Positions 18,122-26,910 of a DNA stretch of 64,000 nucleotides are shown here, in pieces. Below the pieces are notes generated by a model, which did no database searches, was not told the origin of the DNA, and saw only the letters and a program-made list of their open reading frames with translations. Source of the DNA: Thermodesulfobacteriota bacterium (GTDB lineage: Bacteria > Desulfobacterota > Desulfobacteria > Desulfobacterales > SURF-7); contig JBMORA010000064.1 of the NCBI GenBank assembly GCA_049320885.1, positions 96,001 to 160,000 of the forward strand. Direction: 5' to 3'. Positions within the stretch are counted from its first letter, which is position 1, and each line of letters begins with the position of its first letter. A program made the translations under genes and the position numbers.

Positions 18122-18715
18122 ATGCACCATATAAAGAAATACGCCAATCGCAAAATGTATGACACGACGGATAGGAGATATATTTCCATGACCCAGCTTG
18201 CCGAACTGATCAAATCCGGTGAGGAAGTCATGGTGGTGGATAATCGCACGGATGAAGATTTGACCGCTGCGATCGTATCTCAGCTCATCGGCCGGGAGAA
18301 AAAGGGCAAGGATAAAATCGTATCTTCCAAGGTGCTGATGCAGCTTCTACGCAAAGGCGGAGGGACGCTGACCGACTACGCGAAAAAATACGCCTCTCTA
18401 TGGCAGAACGCGCTTACCATGGCGGAGGATGAAATCGACAAGGTCGTCAATCTGCTAGTCAAGGATAAGGAACTTTCCAAATCGGAAGGAAGCCGGTTGA
18501 AGCGGGAAATTCTTGGCTATTCCGACACCCTGAAAAAATGGGTCAGCGACAACGTCGACAGGCGGGTCAATGAGGTGTTCGGGATGATGAACCTGGCGAC
18601 CAAGGACGATATGAGCCATCTGGCGGCCAGGTTGGATCGATTGGAGCGAAAAATCCAGAGAATGGAATCCTCCCAGCCCAAAGGGGGGCGGGACCAGCAG
18701 CGCCATCCGGGTTAG
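18122..18715 (+). CDS. PhaR-type DNA-binding domain fused to a phasin (PhaF/PhaI-like) domain
   Basis: MHHIKKYANRKMYDTTDRRYISM...DNRTDEDLT, then LVKDKELSKSEG...MNLATKDDMSHL. ATG at 18122 after RBS GGAGG. Confidence 0.85.
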   Translation: MHHIKKYANRKMYDTTDRRYISMTQLAELIKSGEEVMVVDNRTDEDLTAAIVSQLIGREKKGKDKIVSSKVLMQLLRKGGGTLTDYAKKYASLWQNALTMAEDEIDKVVNLLVKDKELSKSEGSRLKREILGYSDTLKKWVSDNVDRRVNEVFGMMNLATKDDMSHLAARLDRLERKIQRMESSQPKGGRDQQRHPG

Positions 18716-20379
18716 TGAGAAGGGAAATGCCGGGGAGAAGTTCTCTGCGAACGCTTCAGCCATTGGGAGCAACCGCGATAAATCGTCAGCCGGATTTCTT
18801 TCTGCAGGTCGAGCAGCTTTTCGATGCTGTGTTGGTACAGAATCCAGGCTTCATCCAGGATGGCGCGATGGAACCGGAGGTTGATCAAATCGTCCAGGAA
18901 TAAGGCGGCGCCTTCCCGGAGGAGGTATCCATTCCTGTCGAAGGATGGATCAATATCGGCAAGCACGCCGTTGAGGGTCACCGCCGCTTTTTTATACATC
19001 ATGAGATCGGTGGGGAATATGACCCCCAGATAAGTGAGTTCCTCGAAAAAAAATTCGATGCTGGTAAGGACGCCACGGGCCCCTCCCGAATGATCGGTTA
19101 TAACGGAGTCGATCAACTCCATGACCGGTGATTCCAGTTCGGGATTCTTGGAAATCCCGCCGTTGGTGATGAGATCGGCGGCATGGAAAACCGCCCGGCG
19201 ACCCGCGGACAGGAGGCCGACGGCCAGAAATGCCATCAAAAACCGTTCCCGCCGGGTCAGGCGGCCCATCATGGCCCAGTCATAAAAAATGATTTCCGGC
19301 TGATCACCGTCAAATCGGTAAGCGATGTTGCCGGCATGGGGGTCGCCGTGAAATATGCTGATTTCGCGAAGCTCCTGGATCGGCTTCAGGATGCAGACCC
19401 TTGCAAGGGTCTCGGCCAGCTGTTTTTTCTGCAATGCGGTCAATCCGGCGACATCCGTGATTTTTTTCCCTTCCCGGCGGGTCATGACGGTCATTTCCGG
19501 CGTGGAGCCGGGGAGCGGCTCGGGAATAACGATATGACGCTGGTCCTGATAGTATCGCCGGGCCGCGATCAGGTGGGTCTGTTCGGCCGCCAGATCGATT
19601 TCATTTTCAATCAGACTACGCACCTGGTGGAGTGTGCCTGAAAAATCGAATTGCCGCATTCCCCAGTTTGTTTTCCGTTCGTCCAGGAAGACGGCCAGTT
19701 TTTCCAGCAGCGCCAAGTCGCCGGCGAGGTTCTTGCGGACTCTTGGTTTGACCACTTTCAGAACGGCCGGAATCGGCCTTTTAGAACCTTTTGTGATGAT
19801 GTCCGCCGGTACGACGGCGCAAACACTGGCCTCGGCAAGAATCCGCCGATCCGGAATCACGGTGTTTCCCGGTTTCAATCGGCGCAATTGTTTTGCTATC
19901 ATGGGATGGATCTGCCGATAGACGATTGTTTCCAGATTGTCTTCCAGATCGGTAAGCGTTTGCTTGAATTCGGGATCCAGACCGGGTGTCCGGCAGATGA
20001 CCTGGCCGAGTTTTTGTACGCAGGGCATGTCTTTCACCAGGACGCTCAGTCTGCTTCCCGGATCGGCATGGGGTGGAAGGGCCAGCTGATCGACGATTTT
20101 ATCCGTCAGGCGCGGGACCGGCAGTTCCTGAAGAAGGAAGATCATTGATTCGATGACCACGGGCTGGAACTTGTTGTATTGTTCCGGCAGAAGGCGGCTG
20201 AGACCGGTCCAGAGCACCATGGGACGCACCACCGTTTCGACGGTATGGCTGTCTTTCATTTTTTTCAAAATGGGTGCTATCCTGCTTCGCATCATGGCCC
20301 GGGTCGGCTGGCGTCCCTTGACGGGAGCCGCTGCCATGAATATCCGCAGATACGCTTTCTGGTTCGTGCCGGGATTCAT
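18712..20379 (-). CDS. ABC1/AarF/UbiB-family atypical kinase (divergent)
   Basis: QKLGQ, AEASV, VLKV, ENEIDL, HGDPHAGN, YDWAM (DFG variant). Start at ATG 20379 after RBS AAGGAGG; the ORF-track upstream start lies inside the promoter. Confidence 0.85.
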   Translation of the reverse strand: MNPGTNQKAYLRIFMAAAPVKGRQPTRAMMRSRIAPILKKMKDSHTVETVVRPMVLWTGLSRLLPEQYNKFQPVVIESMIFLLQELPVPRLTDKIVDQLALPPHADPGSRLSVLVKDMPCVQKLGQVICRTPGLDPEFKQTLTDLEDNLETIVYRQIHPMIAKQLRRLKPGNTVIPDRRILAEASVCAVVPADIITKGSKRPIPAVLKVVKPRVRKNLAGDLALLEKLAVFLDERKTNWGMRQFDFSGTLHQVRSLIENEIDLAAEQTHLIAARRYYQDQRHIVIPEPLPGSTPEMTVMTRREGKKITDVAGLTALQKKQLAETLARVCILKPIQELREISIFHGDPHAGNIAYRFDGDQPEIIFYDWAMMGRLTRRERFLMAFLAVGLLSAGRRAVFHAADLITNGGISKNPELESPVMELIDSVITDHSGGARGVLTSIEFFFEELTYLGVIFPTDLMMYKKAAVTLNGVLADIDPSFDRNGYLLREGAALFLDDLINLRFHRAILDEAWILYQHSIEKLLDLQKEIRLTIYRGCSQWLKRSQRTSPRHFPSH

Positions 20380-20434
20380 AGGTCCTCCTTGGCGGCCGGA
20401 ACAATTACCTTGACAGGCGTCTGGTTCCGGGACT

Positions 20435-20463
20435 AAAATAACGCATTGCGTCATGAACGTCAA
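20435..20463 (-). promoter_or_regulatory. Sigma70 promoter TTGACG-17-TATTTT with operator candidate 3 (20438-20454) in the spacer
   Basis: Minus strand TTGACGttcATGACGCAATGCGTTATTTT, same geometry as 17909-17937. Confidence 0.75.
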
Positions 20464-20635
20464 GGCCGATTCGATCCGCGCCGGAGACCAATGGGGAGGG
20501 GATGATCATTCTCTTGTAAGCGATCCGCGCTCCGTGATACTAAAAAAAACGGTCCGGGTCCCTTCGGCCGTATGGGCGGCGGGTGCGTTGGATTTTTTAC
20601 ACAATGGAATCATATAGTTATTGGGAAGAAACTGA

Positions 20636-21292
20636 ATGAACGATTCGATAAACAGTGGAAAACAGGCGGACCGGGACCGGTTTTTTAAATTAAAACGAGC
20701 TCTTCAGGCATTCCAGTCTGCGCGGTTGAGCCGTACGTATAAGGACATCAAGGAAAATCCGGAGTATGCCAAGATCGGAGTTTTTTTCTTCGAAAAACTG
20801 TATGCCCCGGAAGATTTTTCGTTCCGGGATGAGAGTATCCGTAAATTGCACAAACTCCTGAAGGGCAAGATTTACACGGGAATCATATCCGCCGTCAACA
20901 AGGTCATCGAATTGCATGAGCTCACCGACGAACTGGACAACCTTATGGTGGTGGGAATGATCGACCTCGGCGTCGGACCGGATTTGACCATGCAGCAATA
21001 TCAGGAAGTCTATCGCCGGCTGGACAACTATGATCAGCGTCTCTACCAGATACGGCTGAGCACCGATGTCACCCGCACGTTTCATCGCTTGAGCAAGAAA
21101 TGGCTGGTGGCCCTTTCCCTCAATACGGTACGATCCGCCGCTCATCTAATCGGCATGGGTAAAATCCTGGATTTCATTTATGAGGCGTATGAAGGTTTCC
21201 GAGCGATCAAGAATATCGATTTCTTTGTGGAAACGGTGGAGCAGCGGGAAATCGCCTGGCACAATGAGATCTGGTCCGCTGCGAATAAATGA
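20636..21292 (+). CDS. FFLEELY-motif family protein (function unknown)
   Basis: FQSARLSRTYKD...FFFEKLYAPEDFSFRD...ELHELTDELD...GFRAI. Confidence 0.7.
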   Translation: MNDSINSGKQADRDRFFKLKRALQAFQSARLSRTYKDIKENPEYAKIGVFFFEKLYAPEDFSFRDESIRKLHKLLKGKIYTGIISAVNKVIELHELTDELDNLMVVGMIDLGVGPDLTMQQYQEVYRRLDNYDQRLYQIRLSTDVTRTFHRLSKKWLVALSLNTVRSAAHLIGMGKILDFIYEAYEGFRAIKNIDFFVETVEQREIAWHNEIWSAANK

Positions 21293-21403
21293 TCTGACAA
21301 AACAAGGACAATGATGATATAGTAAAAAATACGCTTCCTGTGAAAGCGGGTCCCGGGACCTGGATTCCGATGAACACCACTGCCTTTTTCCTGGAGGTGA
21401 ACA

Positions 21404-22495
21404 ATGCGTCCTGCTGTCATGATCCTTTTCGTCTTGGTTCTGGGCCAACTGGCGGGCTGCGGAGGCGAGGGACCCGCCAATGAAAAAAAGGTCGACCCCG
21501 TCACCTTGAAGATCCATGCCTGGAACGGGTATGTTCTGGAATACCGGGAAGCCTTTCAGCGACACGCGAAAAGCGGGTACGGCCTGGATGTTGACATCGT
21601 CTTTTCGTCCACATCCGGATACGAATCCAATGTCGAAAACATCCGGGGAAGGGCAAAGGCCCATTTGGTTTCCCCGGCCAATGATTTGATCGCGCCTCTC
21701 TTGCGGGAAGGCCTGCTCCTTAGGATCGATCTGAAGAAATTATCCAATTTCAATCAAATCAATCCGGTGGTGCTGGAGACCAGATGCCATGAGGTGGACG
21801 GCCTGCCGTATGCCGTGCCATTCAATTTCGGACCCTATTCAATCGCCTACAATCGGGACAAAATGCCGGCGCCCGCATCCTATAAAGTCCTCTGGGACCG
21901 CCGGTATGCCAAACGTGTCGCCATCCCGGGTGAATACGACACCATCAATATATACATGACGGCGCTTATGCTGGGAATGCCCAAGACAGACCTGTTCGAC
22001 CTGGACGCCGAACAGCTTGCAGCGGTGGAGGACAAGCTGCGGGAGCTATGCCGGTACCAAGTCGGTGAGTATTGGCGGGATAATCTCGATCCGGAAAGCC
22101 GCGAGCGGGTGGATGTGGGAATGGATTGGGGTATCGGTGTGAACCTGATCAATCGCAAATATGAGGGGAACTGGGGCCTTGCCATTCCGGAAGAGGGCGC
22201 CACCGGCTGGATCGATACCTGGGCGATTTCCATCAACGCGACGGACCCGAAAGTGCTGGAAGCGGCGTATATCTGGATCGATTTCATGATCAGTGCGGAG
22301 CGGCAGGCGCAGATGGCGAGAATCACTTCCTACGGTCCCATCAATCCCTATGCGGGCAGGTACCTAACGGCTGAAGAAAAGAAATTGTATTATTTGAATT
22401 ATCCAAATTTCATGAAGAACTTGATATTGTGGCAGCCCTTGAAACCCGATGTCCTGAAAAAATACCAGGAAATCTGGAAACGCGCCAGACAATGA
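21404..22495 (+). CDS. Lipoprotein solute-binding protein, PotD/PotF (polyamine)-like
   Basis: Lipobox LAGC, YAVPFNFG..IAYN, PEEGATGWIDTWAI, AYIWIDFM. Confidence 0.8.
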   Translation: MRPAVMILFVLVLGQLAGCGGEGPANEKKVDPVTLKIHAWNGYVLEYREAFQRHAKSGYGLDVDIVFSSTSGYESNVENIRGRAKAHLVSPANDLIAPLLREGLLLRIDLKKLSNFNQINPVVLETRCHEVDGLPYAVPFNFGPYSIAYNRDKMPAPASYKVLWDRRYAKRVAIPGEYDTINIYMTALMLGMPKTDLFDLDAEQLAAVEDKLRELCRYQVGEYWRDNLDPESRERVDVGMDWGIGVNLINRKYEGNWGLAIPEEGATGWIDTWAISINATDPKVLEAAYIWIDFMISAERQAQMARITSYGPINPYAGRYLTAEEKKLYYLNYPNFMKNLILWQPLKPDVLKKYQEIWKRARQ

Positions 22496-24753
22496 AATCC
22501 AAAACCACCAGCATTTACGGCAGGATTCTAAGCCTGTCCATCGGTTCCGTAATCTTGGTCGTGATGGTAATCACCGGTTTGTATTTATTGATTATCCGGC
22601 AGGTGTTGGAGTCCCATATCAATTCCAGGGTCGGACATCATCTCGCCAGGCTTGCCCAGATCATCGCCGTTCCGCTGATCAATCAGGATTACGTTCAGAT
22701 GGTGAATATCATCGATGAGGAAACCAAGGGCGGTGATATCCGTTTTGTCTGGCTGACCGATGAAAACGGTCGGGTGATTGTTTCCAACGACGAACGACAG
22801 CTGATGGCGCCGATTGCTTCCGCCCATCGCCTCCGGGAAGGTTTCAGTCAGCGGAGACTGGATAATGGCTGGTTTTTGTGTGCTGTTCCGGATTTCGGCA
22901 TCATGAATTCGATCTTGCTGCGGGTCATCCCCTGGACCCTGATGGTTCTGGTCTTCATCATAGCCGCAACCATATTTTTCTTCATCCGGCTGATCAAAAA
23001 CATCACCCTGCCGCTTTCCAGCGCCATCCAGGCTTCCTCGGCCATGGCCGGGGGGAATTTTACCATGGATTTGGCTGATTCGGGGGTGACGGAAATCGAT
23101 ACGCTGAATCGATCCCTGATGGATACCGGCCGGAAGCTTGACGAACTCACCAGCCGCCTCAAGAACGAGAAGGAGGAACTGGAGAAGAGCCGGGAGGAAA
23201 TCCGCAGTCTTTCGGAATTCAGGGAAAGTATTATCGACAATGCCACCGTGTGGCTGAATGTTCTTGACAAGGACGCGCGAGTGATCGTCTGGAACAAGGC
23301 GGCGGAGGAAATCAGCGGGTATGATCGGGAAGAAGTGCTCGGCACCACGGATATATGGCAGTTGCTATATCCGGAGGAGGAATACCGGGAACGGATTTTT
23401 TCAACGGCTTCGGACATCATTCGAAGAGGGGAGGTGGCCGAAGACCTGACGACGGTGATCCGGACCAAATCCGGCGCACGGAAATATATTTCGTGGTATT
23501 CGAAGAATTTGAAATCGGCTGATGGGGTTACGGTGGGATCCATCGCCATGGGTATCGACATTACCGAAAAGAAACGAGCCGAGGATTCCCTGCGTCAAGC
23601 CCAGAAAATGGAAACGGTGGGTGCGTTGGCCGGAGGCATTGCCCATGATTTCAATAATATTCTCATGGGTATCCTCGGCGCCGTATCGTTAATGGAACTT
23701 GAAATGGATCGTCACGCGGTTCCTTCGAAGGAATCCGTCAACAAATATTTGACGACCATGCGAAATGCGGCCGAGAGGGCGAGCGATATCGTCAAGCATC
23801 TGTTGACCCTTTCCAGACGTCAGGAACTCGAGCTTGCCGTCGTTGATTTGAACATGGCTGTCAGGCATATTGCCAAGATCTGCCAAAGCAGCTTTGATAA
23901 AAGTATTACAATCCGCGTTGCCATTGGGGATGAGCCCGCAACGGTCATGGCCGATCTCACCCAGGTGGAACAGCTGCTGCTGAACCTCTGCGTCAACGCC
24001 TCGCATGCCATGACGATTATGCGGCCGGAAGACGAAAAATGGGGCGGTGCCCTTTCCATCACCAGTACGCGTGTCCGGGAGCTGCCATCCTCGTTGGACC
24101 TGGATTTGACGGCTGGAGACTATTGGAAGCTTTCGGTGGAGGATACCGGGGTCGGCATTCCCAAGGACTTGATTCAGAACATCTTCGATCCGTTCTTTAC
24201 GACAAAAGAAAAGGGTGTGGGGACGGGTCTCGGGCTGTCCATGGCCTACAGCATCGTAAGGGCTCACAACGGCTTCATCACGGTATATTCGGAGCCCGGG
24301 CAGGGAAGTGTATTCAATATCTTTCTGCCGGCTGTTCACGAGGAAGTCGCCCAAAATACAGAAATCCGTTCATATGAAATAGCAGGGGGCAGCGGACTCA
24401 TTCTGGTCGTGGACGATGAACATGCCAACCGTGAAATTCTAAAGATGATGCTGGAAGGTTGCGGGTATGAAGTGATCACCGCCGCGGATGGGGAAGAAGG
24501 CGTCCGGCTGTATGCGGAACACATGGATAAAATAAGGGCTGTCATTCTGGATATCGTCATGCCCCGGATGTCCGGAGAGGAGGCCTGTGCCCGCATTCTC
24601 GATATGAATTCACAGGCCAGGGTGATCGTGTCTTCCGGATTCCGTGACGACAGCAGGGTCAATAAGGCGTTGGCCCGGGGAGCGAAGCTTTTCGTACCCA
24701 AACCGTATTCCCTTCAAAGCCTGTCGTCCGCCATCCGGTCCATTCTGGGATAG
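22492..24753 (+). CDS. Hybrid sensor histidine kinase (HAMP-PAS-HisKA-HATPase-REC)
   Basis: AGGIAHDFNN, NLCVNA, DTGVGI, GTGLGL, REC with VVDDE/LDIVMP/KPY. ATGA overlap with the SBP stop. Confidence 0.95.
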   Translation: MKSKTTSIYGRILSLSIGSVILVVMVITGLYLLIIRQVLESHINSRVGHHLARLAQIIAVPLINQDYVQMVNIIDEETKGGDIRFVWLTDENGRVIVSNDERQLMAPIASAHRLREGFSQRRLDNGWFLCAVPDFGIMNSILLRVIPWTLMVLVFIIAATIFFFIRLIKNITLPLSSAIQASSAMAGGNFTMDLADSGVTEIDTLNRSLMDTGRKLDELTSRLKNEKEELEKSREEIRSLSEFRESIIDNATVWLNVLDKDARVIVWNKAAEEISGYDREEVLGTTDIWQLLYPEEEYRERIFSTASDIIRRGEVAEDLTTVIRTKSGARKYISWYSKNLKSADGVTVGSIAMGIDITEKKRAEDSLRQAQKMETVGALAGGIAHDFNNILMGILGAVSLMELEMDRHAVPSKESVNKYLTTMRNAAERASDIVKHLLTLSRRQELELAVVDLNMAVRHIAKICQSSFDKSITIRVAIGDEPATVMADLTQVEQLLLNLCVNASHAMTIMRPEDEKWGGALSITSTRVRELPSSLDLDLTAGDYWKLSVEDTGVGIPKDLIQNIFDPFFTTKEKGVGTGLGLSMAYSIVRAHNGFITVYSEPGQGSVFNIFLPAVHEEVAQNTEIRSYEIAGGSGLILVVDDEHANREILKMMLEGCGYEVITAADGEEGVRLYAEHMDKIRAVILDIVMPRMSGEEACARILDMNSQARVIVSSGFRDDSRVNKALARGAKLFVPKPYSLQSLSSAIRSILG

Positions 24754-24756
24754 ACG

Positions 24757-26451
24757 TCACAAGCCTTTTCTCACAATGGCCACAAGCAGCCAGATGCCCA
24801 TAACGGCCGCGGCCAGAAAGCCGATGATACCAATGAAGGAAATGCCGTAGAAAAGTGGCGGAGTGGCGGAGATGACGATCAGGGCCGATCCGATCAGGAG
24901 GGCGGCGATGATAATGGAAAATGCCAGGCGGTTGCTGATTTTGTGGTAAGCGGCCAGGGTCGTCTCCTGACCTTTGTACTCGACGTTGATCCCGATTTTT
25001 TCATTTTTGATCATCCGGGTGATGTCGAGAATATCCTTGGGCACTTTCTGGAGAAAGTGCCGGAGATCCCCGGCCAGAGTCACCAGATCGAAGGCGATAC
25101 GTTCCGGATAAAACCGGGCGATCTTGACTCTCGCAATAAACGGCGCAGCCTGGCCGACCATATCGAATTGCGGGTCGAGAGCTTTGGCCACTCCTTCCAC
25201 GGTGGCGAGGGCCTTGATCATCAAAAAAATATCCGGCGGAACCCGCAGTCGATGGTGGGAAACCAGCTGCAAAAGCTGCTGCAGCAGCCTGCCGACTTCA
25301 ATGTCTTTGAGGGGCTTGAACAGGTGCCGGCTGATGAAATCCGCCAGTTCCCTCTCAAGGGACCGGATATCCGGCTGGTCCTCCCAATCCGTTATGCGCA
25401 AAATCACTTGGGCGGCTTCGGCGGAGTTCCTGTGAACAATGCTGTCCAGCAGATCGACGAAGTTTTCCCGGGTTTGACGGTCCACGGTTCCGATCATGCC
25501 GAAATCAATCAGGCAAATGATATTCCCTGGCAAGACGAAAATATTCCCGGGGTGCGGGTCGGCATGGAAAAAGCCATTGTGAAACACCTGCTTCAGGGTA
25601 AGATTGGCGCCCCGGGCCGTGATCAGACGGGTATCAAGCCCGGCCGCCTTCAGGTTCGCCACATCGGAAACTTTGATTCCGTTGACGAATTCCATGGTGA
25701 TCACCTGAGACGTGGTCATCTCACGATAGACTTTCGGCACATACACCGTGAGATCCTCGGCGAATTGGCGGGCAAACCGCTCCATGCTGGTGGCTTCCAG
25801 GTTATAGTCGACTTCCTTGCCGAGGGTGCGGGCAAATTCCTCGACGATTTCCGTCGGCCGGTGGAAGGCAAACTCCTGAACGTGGCGTTCCATCAGGCTG
25901 GCGATATACAGCATGATTTCAAGGTCGATTTCGATGGTTTTGCGGATATTCGGGCGCTGCACCTTGATCACTGCTTCGCGGCCGTCGGTCATCCGCACCC
26001 GGTGAACCTGGCCAATGGAAGCGGAGGCAATCGGTTTTTCATCGAAGGCCTCGAATAGTTCCGCAGGCGGCCGGCCCAATTCCTGCTGGATAGTGCTTTT
26101 CACCTGATCGAATGGAAAGGCCGGGACTTCGTCCTGCAGTTTTGACAATTCATTGATGAACTCAATGGGAAACAAGTCCGGCCGGGTGGAAGCGATCTGG
26201 CCGAATTTGATAAAGGTGGGGCCTAGCTCCTCAAATACAATACGAATGCGCTCAGCCCTAGTCATTTTTTCCACGCGCTCTCTTCTTTTGCGCGTGATCA
26301 TCTGCAACCCCAGCTCGATATACTGGTCGATGTGCAGCCGGTTCAACAAATCGTCAAAACCATATTTCAGGAAGATGGTCAGGATCTGACGATACCGGTT
26401 CAGGTGGCGATAGGTGCGCCCGATGGCGGTGATTTTTTGAATGCTCAGCAT
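24757..26451 (-). CDS. ABC1/AarF/UbiB-family atypical kinase with C-terminal TM helices
   Basis: LGPTFIKFGQIASTRPD, ASASIGQVH, VIKVQRP, HADPHPGN, IDFGM. Confidence 0.93.
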   Translation of the reverse strand: MLSIQKITAIGRTYRHLNRYRQILTIFLKYGFDDLLNRLHIDQYIELGLQMITRKRRERVEKMTRAERIRIVFEELGPTFIKFGQIASTRPDLFPIEFINELSKLQDEVPAFPFDQVKSTIQQELGRPPAELFEAFDEKPIASASIGQVHRVRMTDGREAVIKVQRPNIRKTIEIDLEIMLYIASLMERHVQEFAFHRPTEIVEEFARTLGKEVDYNLEATSMERFARQFAEDLTVYVPKVYREMTTSQVITMEFVNGIKVSDVANLKAAGLDTRLITARGANLTLKQVFHNGFFHADPHPGNIFVLPGNIICLIDFGMIGTVDRQTRENFVDLLDSIVHRNSAEAAQVILRITDWEDQPDIRSLERELADFISRHLFKPLKDIEVGRLLQQLLQLVSHHRLRVPPDIFLMIKALATVEGVAKALDPQFDMVGQAAPFIARVKIARFYPERIAFDLVTLAGDLRHFLQKVPKDILDITRMIKNEKIGINVEYKGQETTLAAYHKISNRLAFSIIIAALLIGSALIVISATPPLFYGISFIGIIGFLAAAVMGIWLLVAIVRKGL

Positions 26452-26466
26452 GGAAAGCTTCTTATG

Positions 26467-26790
26467 TCATTCCTTCCGGTTGCCTTTACCTTCAACCAGC
26501 GCTTTGAGGGCCGCGATTTCCGATTTCATCGCCGCAATGTCTTCCGGAGAGGGTACATCCAGCTTTTTAAGGATGTCCCTGACGGATTTTTCGATTCGTT
26601 GCTCCATGTTTTCCCTGGCTTCCTCATACCGTTTCAGCAGTTCGTTGGTGAATTTTTCACCTTCATTTTCGGAAAGTTCTCCTTTTGTGACGAACTCCTT
26701 GGCCCAGTCTTCCACTTCGTCCTTGGTTTTCAAGGCAAAGCCAATGCCCGTCATCATGGTTTTCTTGGCGATATCGAAAAAGTCTGGCAT
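26467..26790 (-). CDS. Phasin-family protein (PHA synthesis regulator phasin-like)
   Basis: MTGIGFALKTKDEVE...VTKGELSENEG...LDVPSPEDIAAM. ATG at 26790 after AAAGGA. Confidence 0.85.
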   Translation of the reverse strand: MPDFFDIAKKTMMTGIGFALKTKDEVEDWAKEFVTKGELSENEGEKFTNELLKRYEEARENMEQRIEKSVRDILKKLDVPSPEDIAAMKSEIAALKALVEGKGNRKE

Positions 26791-26817
26791 CCCTGTTTTT
26801 CCTTTCAGAAACGTCGA

Positions 26818-26894
26818 TTCACCGTGAAGGCGGATGACGCCCCCACGGTGAACGGGAAGTTGACGATTTCCCGGGCTTGCGGGCATGCCCGGGA
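26818..26894. other. Two adjacent stem-loops between the acyl-CoA dehydrogenase and phasin genes
   Basis: TTCACCGTG/CACGGTGAA (26818-26852) and TCCCGGGC/GCCCGGGA (26869-26894). Confidence 0.5.
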
Positions 26895-26910
26895 GGACCT
26901 AAAAAGAAAG

